From Betaproteobacteria bacterium (GTDB taxonomy: Bacteria > Pseudomonadota > Gammaproteobacteria > Burkholderiales > SG8-39): a stretch of DNA of 64,000 nt. Positions 1 through 8,961 of the stretch are shown one piece after another. Under the pieces are notes generated by a model that was given only the letters and a program-made list of their open reading frames with translations, was not told the DNA's origin and searched no databases. The DNA is taken from contig CANJXQ010000003.1 in NCBI GenBank assembly GCA_947478805.1, positions 6,994-70,993 of the forward strand, given 5' to 3'. Within the stretch, counting starts at the first letter, position 1, and every line of letters begins with the position of its first letter. A program made the translations under genes and the position numbers.

Positions 1-260
1 ACGTGCGTGCCAATCACCGCGAGGATGTCGTCGAAATCATAGAGATGCGGACTGCGGTTGATGCGCACCCAGACCCTCTGCTTTTGCGAGGCCAGCCACT
101 CCAACTTGGACTTGACGATTTCGCGCGCTTCGACTTTCTGGGCGACAGGCACGCTGTCCTCCAGGTCGAGAATGAGGGCGTCGGCCTTGCTGCTAACGGA
201 TTTCTCGATCCAGCTGGCCTTGTTTCCCGGAACGAAGAGGAAAGAGCGTATGGGTTTCAT
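1..260 (-). CDS. CitE-like CoA-ester lyase (HpcH/HpaI aldolase/citrate lyase beta family), 3' part outside the window
   Basis: Not in the ORF track. Manual translation from the ATG at 260 gives MKPIRSFLFVPGNKASWIEKSVSSKADALILDLEDSVP...VWVRIN, with the RSxLFVPG, DLEDS and VRIN motifs of CitE. Confidence 0.88.
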   Translation of the reverse strand, partial: MKPIRSFLFVPGNKASWIEKSVSSKADALILDLEDSVPVAQKVEAREIVKSKLEWLASQKQRVWVRINRSPHLYDFDDILAVIGTH

Positions 261-286
261 GCGAGCCCTTGAGGTAAAGTAAATGA

Positions 287-1213
287 ATGGCCAGCGCGTT
301 CAACAAAATCCACCTGATCCGTTCGGTCGATCTTTTCACACTCAAGCTCTTCCTCACGGTGGTGGAGGAAGGCCAGGTGGGCCGCGCGGCGGCGCGCGAG
401 AACATCGCCGCGTCCGCAGCGACCAAACGCATCCAGGACCTCGAGGAGATCGTGGGTGGCCAGTTGTTCGAGAGAAACCCGCGCGGCGTGGTTCCCACTG
501 CGGCGGGGCTGGTGCTGGCACGTTATGTGACACAGATCTTCGGCACCCTGGAGGACATTCGGCGCGACTTCGGCGAGTTCACGGAAGGTGTACGCGGCAC
601 CATCCGCGTGTGCTCCACGGGCGGCATCATTAGCCTCTACATCGCCCGCGAGATTGCGGAGTTCGCGCGCAGCTTCCCTCTGGTGGACATCGACCTGCGG
701 GAAAGCCTCAACCTTGAGGTGATCAGCACGCTCTGCGTGGGCGAGACAGACGTCGCGATCTTCGTGGCCACGCCCGGGAGTCCCGGAAAGGATCTCGATA
801 CGGTCGACTACCGGACCGACCGCCTGATGGCCGTCGTGTCGCGCGGCCATCCCCTGGAAGACCGCGAGCATGTCAAGGTCACCGAACTGCTGGAGCACAA
901 CCTGATAGCCATCATGCCGTCCACGAACCTGATGGGCCATGTCCGGCAGGCCGCGCAGCGCGCCGGCGTTGAATTCAATCCCAAGTACAACGTCAACAGC
1001 GTGTATGCCGCGACGGCGTTGGTGCGCGTGAATCAGGGCGTGACGATCCAGCCGGAGAACATGCTCTCGGCCGCCGACCTCGATTACGTGCGCACCGTTC
1101 CCCTTGACGAGCCCTGGGCCAAGCGGCACCTGGTCGTGGGAACGCGCAAGGGCCGCGCGCTGTCGGTTGCCGCGCGCAATTTCGTGGCGCAGCTGACCTC
1201 GCGGCCGGGCTGA
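287..1213 (+). CDS. LysR-family transcriptional regulator
   Basis: N-terminal HTH (LFLTVVEEG...AAARENIAASAATKRIQDLE...LFERNPRGV), substrate-binding domain, 308 aa. Confidence 0.96.
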   Translation: MASAFNKIHLIRSVDLFTLKLFLTVVEEGQVGRAAARENIAASAATKRIQDLEEIVGGQLFERNPRGVVPTAAGLVLARYVTQIFGTLEDIRRDFGEFTEGVRGTIRVCSTGGIISLYIAREIAEFARSFPLVDIDLRESLNLEVISTLCVGETDVAIFVATPGSPGKDLDTVDYRTDRLMAVVSRGHPLEDREHVKVTELLEHNLIAIMPSTNLMGHVRQAAQRAGVEFNPKYNVNSVYAATALVRVNQGVTIQPENMLSAADLDYVRTVPLDEPWAKRHLVVGTRKGRALSVAARNFVAQLTSRPG

Positions 1214-1230
1214 GTGGCGCGCGCTGGATC

Positions 1231-2457
1231 TCATGCCACCGTACGCCGCGTGAGTGCCGCGACGTCCGACGCCGCATAACCGAGCCAGCGTCCCAGAACG
1301 TCCTCATTGTGCTCGCCCAGGCGGGGCGGCGGTTCGGACGGCGCGCCGCGCGCGCCCGTCATCTTGATCGGGTTGCCGGGCACCTGCACCTCGCCCCACA
1401 CCGGGTCCTGCAAGGTCAGCAGCATCTCTCGCGCCTCGATATGCGGGCAATCGAAGATGTCTTCCACCTGATTGACGACCGAAGCCGGCACGCCGCCCGC
1501 GTTGAACGCATCGACCGCCTGTTTGCGCGTGTGCGCGGCCAGCCAGGGCGCGATCCGCTCGTTGAGGACCGGCAAGTTGGCGTTACGCTTGACGCCGTCG
1601 GCGAAGCGCTCGTCGTCCAGCAATGAGGGCAGGCCGACCACCTCCACAAAGCGCCGCCACACGTGCTCACCCAGGACGGCGATAACGATGTAGCCATCGG
1701 CAGTTTTGTAAGCGCCGAAGGGCGCTGTGACCGCGTGGACGCCTGGCTTCGCCTTCTGGCCGGTGGCCGAATAGAGGGTGACCGGCAGCTCGTTCATGAC
1801 CAGGGACGCGTCGTACAGCGACACGTCCACCTTCTGGCCCGCTCCGGTGCGGCCGCGCTGTATCAGCGCAAGCAGCACGCCCTGCGAAGCAACCATGCCG
1901 GCCTGGATGTCGGCCAGCGAAAAGCCGAGGTACACCGGCGCGTCGTCCGAACGCTGCGGGCGGTACATGAGGCCTGTCATCGCCTGGGCCACGATGTCAA
2001 ATGCGGGATGGTCCGTGTACGGGCTGGGCAGGATGTCTCGGTGGCCGAAGCCGGAAATGGCCACGTAAATCAGGCGCGGATTGATCGCCTGCAATTGCTG
2101 CCAGCCAAGGCCCAGGCCGTCCATCACGCCCGGGCGCAGGTTCTCGATAAAGATGTCGGCCTTGGCCGCGAGTTCGCGGAACACGCGCTTGCCCTCTACG
2201 CTCTTCAAATCCAGCGTGACACTGCGCTTGTTGCGGTTGGTGCGCACGAAAGATAGTCCCTGCGGCTTGCCGTCGGCGTCGGGGCGCAGCGGCGCCATGG
2301 CGCGGGACTGGTCGCCCTTGCCAGGCTCTTCGATCTTCACTACCTCGGCACCCGCATCAGCGAGCCACATCGACGCTATCGGGGCGGCGACAAAGTTCTC
2401 CACAGCCAACACGCGGATGCCGTCGAGCGGACGGCCCTGTTCCTGAGCCCCGCTCAT
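1231..2457 (-). CDS. CoA-transferase family III (CaiB/BaiF)
   Basis: PLDGIRVL, LADAGAEVVKIE, NRNKRSVTLDLK, ENLRPG motifs. Start reassigned to ATG 2457, which overlaps the upstream stop (ATGA). Confidence 0.93.
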   Translation of the reverse strand: MSGAQEQGRPLDGIRVLAVENFVAAPIASMWLADAGAEVVKIEEPGKGDQSRAMAPLRPDADGKPQGLSFVRTNRNKRSVTLDLKSVEGKRVFRELAAKADIFIENLRPGVMDGLGLGWQQLQAINPRLIYVAISGFGHRDILPSPYTDHPAFDIVAQAMTGLMYRPQRSDDAPVYLGFSLADIQAGMVASQGVLLALIQRGRTGAGQKVDVSLYDASLVMNELPVTLYSATGQKAKPGVHAVTAPFGAYKTADGYIVIAVLGEHVWRRFVEVVGLPSLLDDERFADGVKRNANLPVLNERIAPWLAAHTRKQAVDAFNAGGVPASVVNQVEDIFDCPHIEAREMLLTLQDPVWGEVQVPGNPIKMTGARGAPSEPPPRLGEHNEDVLGRWLGYAASDVAALTRRTVA

Positions 2458-3614
2458 CGGATTGCTCTGGCGCTGCGTAGCGCCTCGCGTTGGTCGTCGG
2501 TGAAGCCCCAGTCGGCCAGAGCCTCGTCCGTGTGTTGGCCCACGCGTGCCGCAGGGCCCTGGATGGCGCCGGGCGTGCGGCCAAAGCGCGGTGCGGGCGC
2601 GGGTTGGACCACGCCATCGACTTCGACGAAGGTGGCGCGCGCCTTCAGGTGCGGGTGATCTGGCGCCTCTCCCATGGAAAGAATCGGGGCAAAGCAAACC
2701 TCCTTGCCGGCCATGAGCGCGCACCAGTCGTCGCGTGCCTTGGTCTTGAAAATCCCGGCGAATAGTTCCTTCATGCGCGGCCAGCTTTCCTGGTCGTGCT
2801 GCTTGGGAAGGTCGCGGTCCGCCAGGCCCATCAGTTCGAGCGTGACCTGGTAGAAGCGCGGCTCGTTGGACGCGAGCGCGACGAACTTGCCGTCCTTGCA
2901 CTCGTACACGCTGTACCAGGGCGCTCCCGAATCTAGGCGGTTGGTGCCGCGTTCATCGGTCCACTTGCCTGCAGCGCGCATGCCGTAGATCAGCGTCATG
3001 AGCGACGCGCTGCCATCGACCATCGCGGCGTCCACCACCTGGCCCATGCTACTGGTCTTGCACTCGAGAATGGCGCTGACGATGCCCAGCGCCAGGTAAA
3101 GCGAGCCGCCGCCAAAGTCTCCGGCGAGGTTCAGCGGTGGCACGGGCCTGCCGCCGCGCTCGCCGATGGAGTGCAGCGCACCGGTGAGCGCTATGTAGTT
3201 CATGTCGTGGCCGGGCGCCTGCGCGAGCGGGCCATCCTGTCCCCAGCCTGTCATGCGGCCGTACACCAACCGGGGGTTGACGGCCAGGCAATCGTCGGGG
3301 CCCAGGCCCATGCGCTCGGTCACGCCGGGACGAAAGCCTTCAATAAGCGCGTCGGCATTGACCACCAGTTTCAGCACGGCGGCCACCGCTTCGGGCCGCT
3401 TCAAGTCCATCGCCACCGAGCGGCGGCTGCGCTGCAGCAGGTTGAATTTCTCGTCCATGTTGACGCCGCTATCGGACGGCACGATGCGGTCGATGCGCAG
3501 CACCTCCGCGCCCATGTCAGCCAGCAACATCGCCGCGAATGGCCCCGGTCCGATGCCGCCAAGTTCCAGGATGCGAATGCCGGTCAGCGGGCCCTTGGCT
3601 TTTGAATTGGTCAT
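2454..3614 (-). CDS. CaiB/BaiF protein, alpha-methylacyl-CoA racemase (Mcr/AMACR)-like
   Basis: GIGPGPFAAMLLADMGA, GRMTGWGQDGP, GHDMNY and NLAGDFGGG motifs of the AMACR subgroup. Confidence 0.9.
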   Translation of the reverse strand: MTNSKAKGPLTGIRILELGGIGPGPFAAMLLADMGAEVLRIDRIVPSDSGVNMDEKFNLLQRSRRSVAMDLKRPEAVAAVLKLVVNADALIEGFRPGVTERMGLGPDDCLAVNPRLVYGRMTGWGQDGPLAQAPGHDMNYIALTGALHSIGERGGRPVPPLNLAGDFGGGSLYLALGIVSAILECKTSSMGQVVDAAMVDGSASLMTLIYGMRAAGKWTDERGTNRLDSGAPWYSVYECKDGKFVALASNEPRFYQVTLELMGLADRDLPKQHDQESWPRMKELFAGIFKTKARDDWCALMAGKEVCFAPILSMGEAPDHPHLKARATFVEVDGVVQPAPAPRFGRTPGAIQGPAARVGQHTDEALADWGFTDDQREALRSARAIR

Positions 3615-3654
3615 GTGAGGCGCTCCTTCGTTAAGGCTAATGCAACTGAGGGAG

Positions 3655-3720
3655 AAGTTAAGTCAAGCACCGCGTCAAGCCAACTTGCCAATTCCGAACC
3701 GGCGCTTCTCGTATCGCGAA
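3655..3720 (-). promoter_or_regulatory. Putative LysR-activated sigma70 promoter cassette 1, upstream of the AMACR-like gene
   Basis: Minus strand: TTCGCGATACGAGAA (T-N11-A dyad)-N7-TTCGGAATTGGCAAG-TTGGCT-N17-TAACTT. Same spacing as three other cassettes. Confidence 0.7.
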
Positions 3721-4998
3721 TCAGACACGCCGCGGCGAGCCGGAGGAATCGCGCTCCAGCGCTTCCCGGAAATCCGGATGCGCCAGCGGCAGCATCGCCT
3801 GCACACGCTGGCGCAGACTCTTTCCGCGCAGGTCGGCGACGCCGAACTCGCTGACAACGAACTGCACGTCGCTGCGCGGCGTCGTCACCACCGCATCCGC
3901 CAACCGGGACACGATTCGGCTGACCTTGCCACCGCGCGCGGTGGACGAAAACATCATGATCGACGCGCCGCCGGGCGAGAGGTTCGCGCCGCGCACGAAG
4001 TCGGCCTGCCCGCCCACGGCGCCTATATAGCGGCCATTTGCAACTTCCGCATTCACCTGGCCGGTCAGGTCGACCTCAACGCCGGAGCTCACCGCGAAAA
4101 AGCGCGGGATGGCGCGCATGTTCGCGATGTCGTGCGTGAAACTCGTGTGTTCCAGCCGCACGCGCGGGTTGCGGTCGATGTAGTCCATTAGGCGCTGGCT
4201 TCCCATCAGCAGGTTGGCGACGGACACACCCTGGTGCACCGGCTTGCTCTCATTGGTGATGACGCCCGCCTCCATCAGGTCCACCACCGCCTCACCGATA
4301 GCGCCGGAGTGGATGCCGAGGCCTCGGTGCCCGCGCATCGCTTTGAGCACCAGGTTGGGCATGGAGCCGATGCCCAGCGCCAGCGTGGCGAAGTCGGGCA
4401 CGATGCCCGCGACTCCCTTGGCAATCGCCCGTTCCTGCTCGCTGCCCTGGCCGGTCTCCGGCATGGCGACCGGCTGCGCGCCCGCGCGTAAAAGAACATG
4501 AGGCCGGATGTCGTCTGGCAACTCGGCGCCGCAGGTCCACGGCAGCCCCTCCATCACTTCGGCGATCACCACGCGCGCACGCCGCGCGGCCTGCACCACA
4601 TAGTCGTTGCACACGCCCATGTTGAAGCGTCCGCGATGATCGGGCGCGGACACCGCGATCAGCACCACGTCACAGCGCATCGCACCGCGCTCGAACAGGC
4701 GCGGGTACTCCGAGTAATGGCTGGGCACCGGGTCGAGCACGCCTGCATCGGCCAGCAGTGCATTGCGCGCCGTTCCGCAATAGCTGTGGAAGGTGATGAA
4801 ATCGCCGTGCGCCGGCCCGAAAGTGTCGGCGATGACAGGACCCACGAAGATGCTGATGGGTCCCACCTGCGCGCGCTGCTCGATGAGGCGGCGGATGAGC
4901 GTGACCGGCTCGGCGTGGATTTGGGAGGCGACCAGCGCGTCGCCGGAACGGATCCAGCGGGTGAAGTCGAGTTTGTTCGGGTCGTGAATTTCGATCAT
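3721..4998 (-). CDS. Acetyl-CoA hydrolase/transferase family (4-hydroxybutyrate CoA-transferase-like)
   Basis: LGIGSMP, LGIHS, EVDLTGQVNAE, GGQADFVRGA and VVSEFGVADLRGK motifs. Start set at MIEIHD (4998). Confidence 0.9.
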   Translation of the reverse strand: MIEIHDPNKLDFTRWIRSGDALVASQIHAEPVTLIRRLIEQRAQVGPISIFVGPVIADTFGPAHGDFITFHSYCGTARNALLADAGVLDPVPSHYSEYPRLFERGAMRCDVVLIAVSAPDHRGRFNMGVCNDYVVQAARRARVVIAEVMEGLPWTCGAELPDDIRPHVLLRAGAQPVAMPETGQGSEQERAIAKGVAGIVPDFATLALGIGSMPNLVLKAMRGHRGLGIHSGAIGEAVVDLMEAGVITNESKPVHQGVSVANLLMGSQRLMDYIDRNPRVRLEHTSFTHDIANMRAIPRFFAVSSGVEVDLTGQVNAEVANGRYIGAVGGQADFVRGANLSPGGASIMMFSSTARGGKVSRIVSRLADAVVTTPRSDVQFVVSEFGVADLRGKSLRQRVQAMLPLAHPDFREALERDSSGSPRRV

Positions 4999-5034
4999 GT
5001 GGGGACATCCTAGGGCACGCAAACGGCGTTGCGG

Positions 5035-5100
5035 TTCGCAAAGCGTGAAGCCTGAATTCGAAAACGAATGCTTGGCCTGGGGCGCTAGCGCGCATAAGGT
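5035..5100 (+). promoter_or_regulatory. Putative LysR-activated promoter cassette 2, upstream of the SDR at 5136
   Basis: TTCGCAAAGCGTGAA-N7-TTCGAAAACGAATGC-TTGGCC-N17-TAAGGT. Confidence 0.7.
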
Positions 5101-5135
5101 CTCGTTAGGATAATGACCAATCAGGAGCTGGTGTA

Positions 5136-5933
5136 ATGACGATGACGTTCACGGATTTCAAGGGCAAGGTAGCGCTGATCACCGGCGCGTCGGGCGGGGT
5201 TGGCCTGCGCATCGCCGAGAAGATGGCAGCCGGCGGCGCGCACGTCGTGCTCAACGGCCGCAGCGCCGGGAACGGCGCCAAAGCACTGGAGCAGTTGGCC
5301 GCCTTCACCGACCAGGCGGCGAGCATGCGCTTTGCCGTCGGCGATTGCTCCAACTACGACGATGCCGTGCGCGTCTGCGCCGAGGCGGCCAAGGTCACCG
5401 GCACCCTCGACATCGTGGTGAGTTCCGGCGCGCAGGGCGCGGTGCGCCCGATGCCGTTCTCACAGATGACGGGACCGGAGCTGGTGATCGCGCACAATTC
5501 GCGCTTTTTTGCGCGCATCAACCCTTTGCACGCCGCCCTGCCCTACATGCAGGAAAATGGTGGCTCGATGATCATGGTCGGCACGGACGCCGGACGCCAC
5601 GCCACGCCCGGCGAATCGGTGGTGGGCGCCTTTGGAGCGGGCGTAATTCTGATGACCAAGACGCTCGCCAAGGAACTGGCCCGCCACAAGATCCGGGTCA
5701 ACAGCGTCTCGCTCACGCTCACCTCGGACACGCCGTCCTGGGACCGCATCTTTAACGAGAAGACTTTCCAGACCGGCCTGTTCAGCAAGGCGAAGGACCG
5801 CTTTCCTTTCGGCCGCGCGCCAAATGCCGAAGAAGTTGCTCGCGTCGCCACCTTTCTGGCGTCTGAAGAGTCCTGCCAGGTGACAGGCCAGACCGTCAGC
5901 GTGAACGGCGGCCTGTCTTTCGGCGGCTGGTGA
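5136..5933 (+). CDS. SDR-family oxidoreductase, atypical (no YxxxK)
   Basis: TGASGGVG Rossmann motif and C-terminal VTGQTVSVNGG. The catalytic segment reads GESVVGAFGAG. Confidence 0.88.
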   Translation: MTMTFTDFKGKVALITGASGGVGLRIAEKMAAGGAHVVLNGRSAGNGAKALEQLAAFTDQAASMRFAVGDCSNYDDAVRVCAEAAKVTGTLDIVVSSGAQGAVRPMPFSQMTGPELVIAHNSRFFARINPLHAALPYMQENGGSMIMVGTDAGRHATPGESVVGAFGAGVILMTKTLAKELARHKIRVNSVSLTLTSDTPSWDRIFNEKTFQTGLFSKAKDRFPFGRAPNAEEVARVATFLASEESCQVTGQTVSVNGGLSFGGW

Positions 5934-5951
5934 TTCGCCGGGCGAGCAGCT

Positions 5952-7034
5952 TCAGGAGAACTGCACGCTCTGTTGCGCCGCACGCAGCGCGGCGATGGTT
6001 TCGCTCACGAGGCGCGCCAGCACCTCACCCGCAGGCAGGATGTCGCGGATGATGCTGGAGCCCTGGCCGGCCGGAAGAGGCTGGTGGTCCTTCATGTCGG
6101 CAGCGGCGGCGGCGAAGCGCACCGGGCCCATGGCCAGGCGCTGCAGCGGATAGGGAAGCATCTCGTCATCGTGCCCTTCCCACACCTCGGTGAAGCGGTT
6201 TTTTATCTGCCGGACGTAGAGGCCATCGAACAGCAGCGAGCGGATGGTGCGGTCGTAACCCGCCTCGAGGATCGACTGCTTGTAGTTGTTGCCGACGCTG
6301 GACTCCAGCGTGTTGATGAAGCGCGTGCCCACCCAGACGCCTTGCGCGCCCTGCGTGAGCACCCCGGCGATCTGCGCACCCTTGACGATGCCGCCGGCCG
6401 CCACCACGGGAACCGTCGCGAACTCCAGCACTTCGGCCAAAAGCGTGATGAGGCCGACATCGCCGGTATGTCCGCCGCCCTCGGTGCCCTGCACCACGAT
6501 AACGTCGGCGCCGTTGCGCATCGCCGATTGTGCGTGCCTGGCGCTGCCGACGATGCCGATCACCTTGACGCCGTGAGCGTGGCACTCATCGACAGCCCAC
6601 TTGGGCGTTCCGAGCGCGCAGGCAACCACTTCCACCTTGTGCCGAAAGCAGATTTCCAGCTTGGCCTTCGCGTCGTCGATGCTCATGGCCTGGTCGTCGA
6701 CCGCCCGGACCTTGATGCCCATCGCCTCGACTTCGAGCTGCAACTGCCTGATGGGTCCAGGCAACTCGTCGAGCTTGACCTCGGCCACCTCTTTGGGCGC
6801 GCGCGCCGGAAATCCGATGTCCACGCAGATCGGCTTCTTGGTCAGGCTGCGAGCCAACACGATTTCCTGCTCCACGCGCTGAGGCGTCGGCGAGATCGCG
6901 GCGATGGTGCCCATGCCGCCGGCCTGGGAGACCGCGGCGGCCAGTGGGCCGAAGGCGACGCCGCCCATGCCGGCTTGAAGGATGGGGTATTGGATGCCGA
7001 GCAGTTCGCACAGCGGGGTCTTTAAGGTGCTCAT
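5952..7034 (-). CDS. Nitronate monooxygenase / FabK-like FMN oxidoreductase
   Basis: LGIQYPILQAGMGG, LAAAVSQAGGMG, QGTEGGGHTG, VVAAGGI and GVWVGTRF motifs. Confidence 0.92.
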   Translation of the reverse strand: MSTLKTPLCELLGIQYPILQAGMGGVAFGPLAAAVSQAGGMGTIAAISPTPQRVEQEIVLARSLTKKPICVDIGFPARAPKEVAEVKLDELPGPIRQLQLEVEAMGIKVRAVDDQAMSIDDAKAKLEICFRHKVEVVACALGTPKWAVDECHAHGVKVIGIVGSARHAQSAMRNGADVIVVQGTEGGGHTGDVGLITLLAEVLEFATVPVVAAGGIVKGAQIAGVLTQGAQGVWVGTRFINTLESSVGNNYKQSILEAGYDRTIRSLLFDGLYVRQIKNRFTEVWEGHDDEMLPYPLQRLAMGPVRFAAAAADMKDHQPLPAGQGSSIIRDILPAGEVLARLVSETIAALRAAQQSVQFS

Positions 7035-7069
7035 GCCTGTGGTCTTTCGTGTCGTTCAGGAAGGAACCA

Positions 7070-7135
7070 AGGTTAGAAGCGCGCGTCGACTGGAACAACT
7101 CACATGTTGCGAGCACGCGATTCGCGGATGGCGAA
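7070..7135 (-). promoter_or_regulatory. Putative LysR-activated promoter cassette 3, upstream of the nitronate monooxygenase gene
   Basis: Minus strand: TTCGCCATCCGCGAA-N7-CTCGCAACATGTGAG-TTGTTC-N17-TAACCT. Confidence 0.65.
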
Positions 7136-7150
7136 CCGCACGCTCGCAAC
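7106..7150 (-). terminator. 20-bp RNA hairpin immediately after the dctM stop (terminator or mRNA stabiliser; no U-tract)
   Basis: Minus strand GTTGCGAGCGTGCGGTTCGC-CATCC-GCGAATCGCGTGCTCGCAAC pairs fully with three G:U wobbles. Confidence 0.55.
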
Positions 7151-8434
7151 TTACATGCGATTGGGCAGGAACAGCGAAAGCTGCGGGAAGATCACCAGCA
7201 GCGCGATGGCGATCAGGTGCGTGATCACGTGCGGCGTCACGCCCTTAAACACCTCGCCCACGGGCGTTCCGGAATAGCGCGCGACGACGAAACTGTTGAG
7301 ACCCATCGGGGGCGTCACCATACCCACCTCGGCCGTCACGATTTTGATCACGCCGAACCAGATCACGCTGAAACCCAGGGACTCGATCAGCGGCGCAACC
7401 ACCGGTGTCGTAAGCACCAGGATAGCCATCTGGTCCATGAAGCAGCCGAGCACCAGGTACATCAGCACGAGCAGGGCGATGATGGTCCACCGGTCCACAT
7501 GCAGCGCGCCGACCCAGGCGATGAGGCCCTGGGTGGTCTGCGTGAGCGCGAAGAAGGTGGAAAACAGGTGCGCGCCCAGCAAAATGACCACGAGCATGCA
7601 CGATGTGCGCGTTGCATTGGCGATAACGCCGTAGACCTCGGCACGCGTGCGCCGCGCGCGCAGGAAATACAGAATCGCCGCGCAAAACGCGCCCACGGCA
7701 GATGCCTCGGTGGGCGTGACCACGCCGGAGTAGATTGAGCCGCTCACCGCCAGCAGCAACACCAGCATCGGTCCGACCAGGCGCAGCAGCATGAACTTCT
7801 CGCGCCAAGGAACGACCTCGCCTAGCGGTGCGCGTTTGGGGTCCTGCTTTGCGAGGAAGTACGTGGTGAGCATGATCGTGACCGTCACCAGGATGCCCGG
7901 CACGATGCCCGCCACCAGCAGCTTGGCGATATTCACATTGGCCAACAGTCCGAACACGACCATAGCGATGCTGGGCGGGATCAGCATCGCCAGCGTGCCC
8001 GAGATCGCGACCACGCCGGCGGCCATTCGAGGCTCATAGCCGTGCTTGAGCATGGCGGGCAGCGAGGTCGAGGAAAGCGTGGCGGCCGATGCGGTGGACG
8101 ACCCGCAGATCGCGCCGAAGCCCGCGCCGGCCAGCGCTGTGGCCATACCCAAGCCGCCCGGCACGCGTCCGCACCACGCGGCGGCGGCGCGAAACAGGTC
8201 GTCCGCGATACCCGAGCGCAGCACGAACTCCGCCATCAATAGGAACATCGGGATCGTCATGAACTCGAACACCGCCGCCGATTCGCGCGGCGTGGTGGAG
8301 AGGGCTCCCATGAGCGCATCGAACCCGCCCACCCACCACAGGCCCAGCGCGCCGGAGATGGCTAGGGAAAAGCCCACGGGCGAACCCAGCGCCAGCAGCG
8401 CGAACAGCACCAGCACGATCACGGTGGCGCTCAT
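7151..8434 (-). CDS. dctM: TRAP transporter large permease
   Basis: IPMFLLM, AICGSSTASAA, GTLAMLIPPS, TPTEAS and GMVTPPMG motifs. Start MSATVIV at 8434 overlaps the dctQ stop. Confidence 0.95.
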   Translation of the reverse strand: MSATVIVLVLFALLALGSPVGFSLAISGALGLWWVGGFDALMGALSTTPRESAAVFEFMTIPMFLLMAEFVLRSGIADDLFRAAAAWCGRVPGGLGMATALAGAGFGAICGSSTASAATLSSTSLPAMLKHGYEPRMAAGVVAISGTLAMLIPPSIAMVVFGLLANVNIAKLLVAGIVPGILVTVTIMLTTYFLAKQDPKRAPLGEVVPWREKFMLLRLVGPMLVLLLAVSGSIYSGVVTPTEASAVGAFCAAILYFLRARRTRAEVYGVIANATRTSCMLVVILLGAHLFSTFFALTQTTQGLIAWVGALHVDRWTIIALLVLMYLVLGCFMDQMAILVLTTPVVAPLIESLGFSVIWFGVIKIVTAEVGMVTPPMGLNSFVVARYSGTPVGEVFKGVTPHVITHLIAIALLVIFPQLSLFLPNRM

Positions 8435-8961
8435 TCGCAGACTCCTTCGGAATGTGTCTTGACGTACGGGTCGTCGCCCGTGCGTGCCAGCACCGCCACG
8501 TGGTGGGCCAGGCGCAGGATCAACAGGCCCGCACCCAAGGGGATGGGTGCATAGGACAGCCACACCGGCCACATAACGGCGCCGGGATAAAACTCTTTGG
8601 CGCTCCACGCCTCGCGTGCGTGCTCCGCCGCGCCGTACGTAATGCCGCCGAACACGAGGATCGCCAGCAGCGCGCTCAGGATGTCCGCGGCCACCCTGAG
8701 CCCTCGCGGAAGCCGCGCGCGCAGCAGGTCGATACTGATGTGGTCGCCGCTGGTGAATGTCGCCGAAACAGCCAGCCAGCCAGCCGCCACGAGCAGGTAG
8801 TTCGTAACCAGGTCGAAAGCCCAGCGCAGGGGCTGGCCAGCGAGGTAGCGGCCCGCCGCGTCATAGCAGACGATCAGCATGATCGCCGTCACGCACAAGG
8901 CGGCAGCCACCAGCGTCGCCTGCTCTAGGCGGCGTAGGAAAGCTGCGACGGGATCGCTCAT
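8431..8961 (-). CDS. dctQ: TRAP transporter small permease
   Basis: 176 aa with four hydrophobic segments, a HISIDLL motif, located between dctP and dctM. Confidence 0.9.
   Translation of the reverse strand: MSDPVAAFLRRLEQATLVAAALCVTAIMLIVCYDAAGRYLAGQPLRWAFDLVTNYLLVAAGWLAVSATFTSGDHISIDLLRARLPRGLRVAADILSALLAILVFGGITYGAAEHAREAWSAKEFYPGAVMWPVWLSYAPIPLGAGLLILRLAHHVAVLARTGDDPYVKTHSEGVCE

Noticed and set aside
4772-4788. GTTCCGCAAT half-site inside the acetyl-CoA hydrolase gene
   Set aside because: It lies in coding DNA and has no matching second half. It shows the hexamer alone arises by chance, so it was not counted as an operator.
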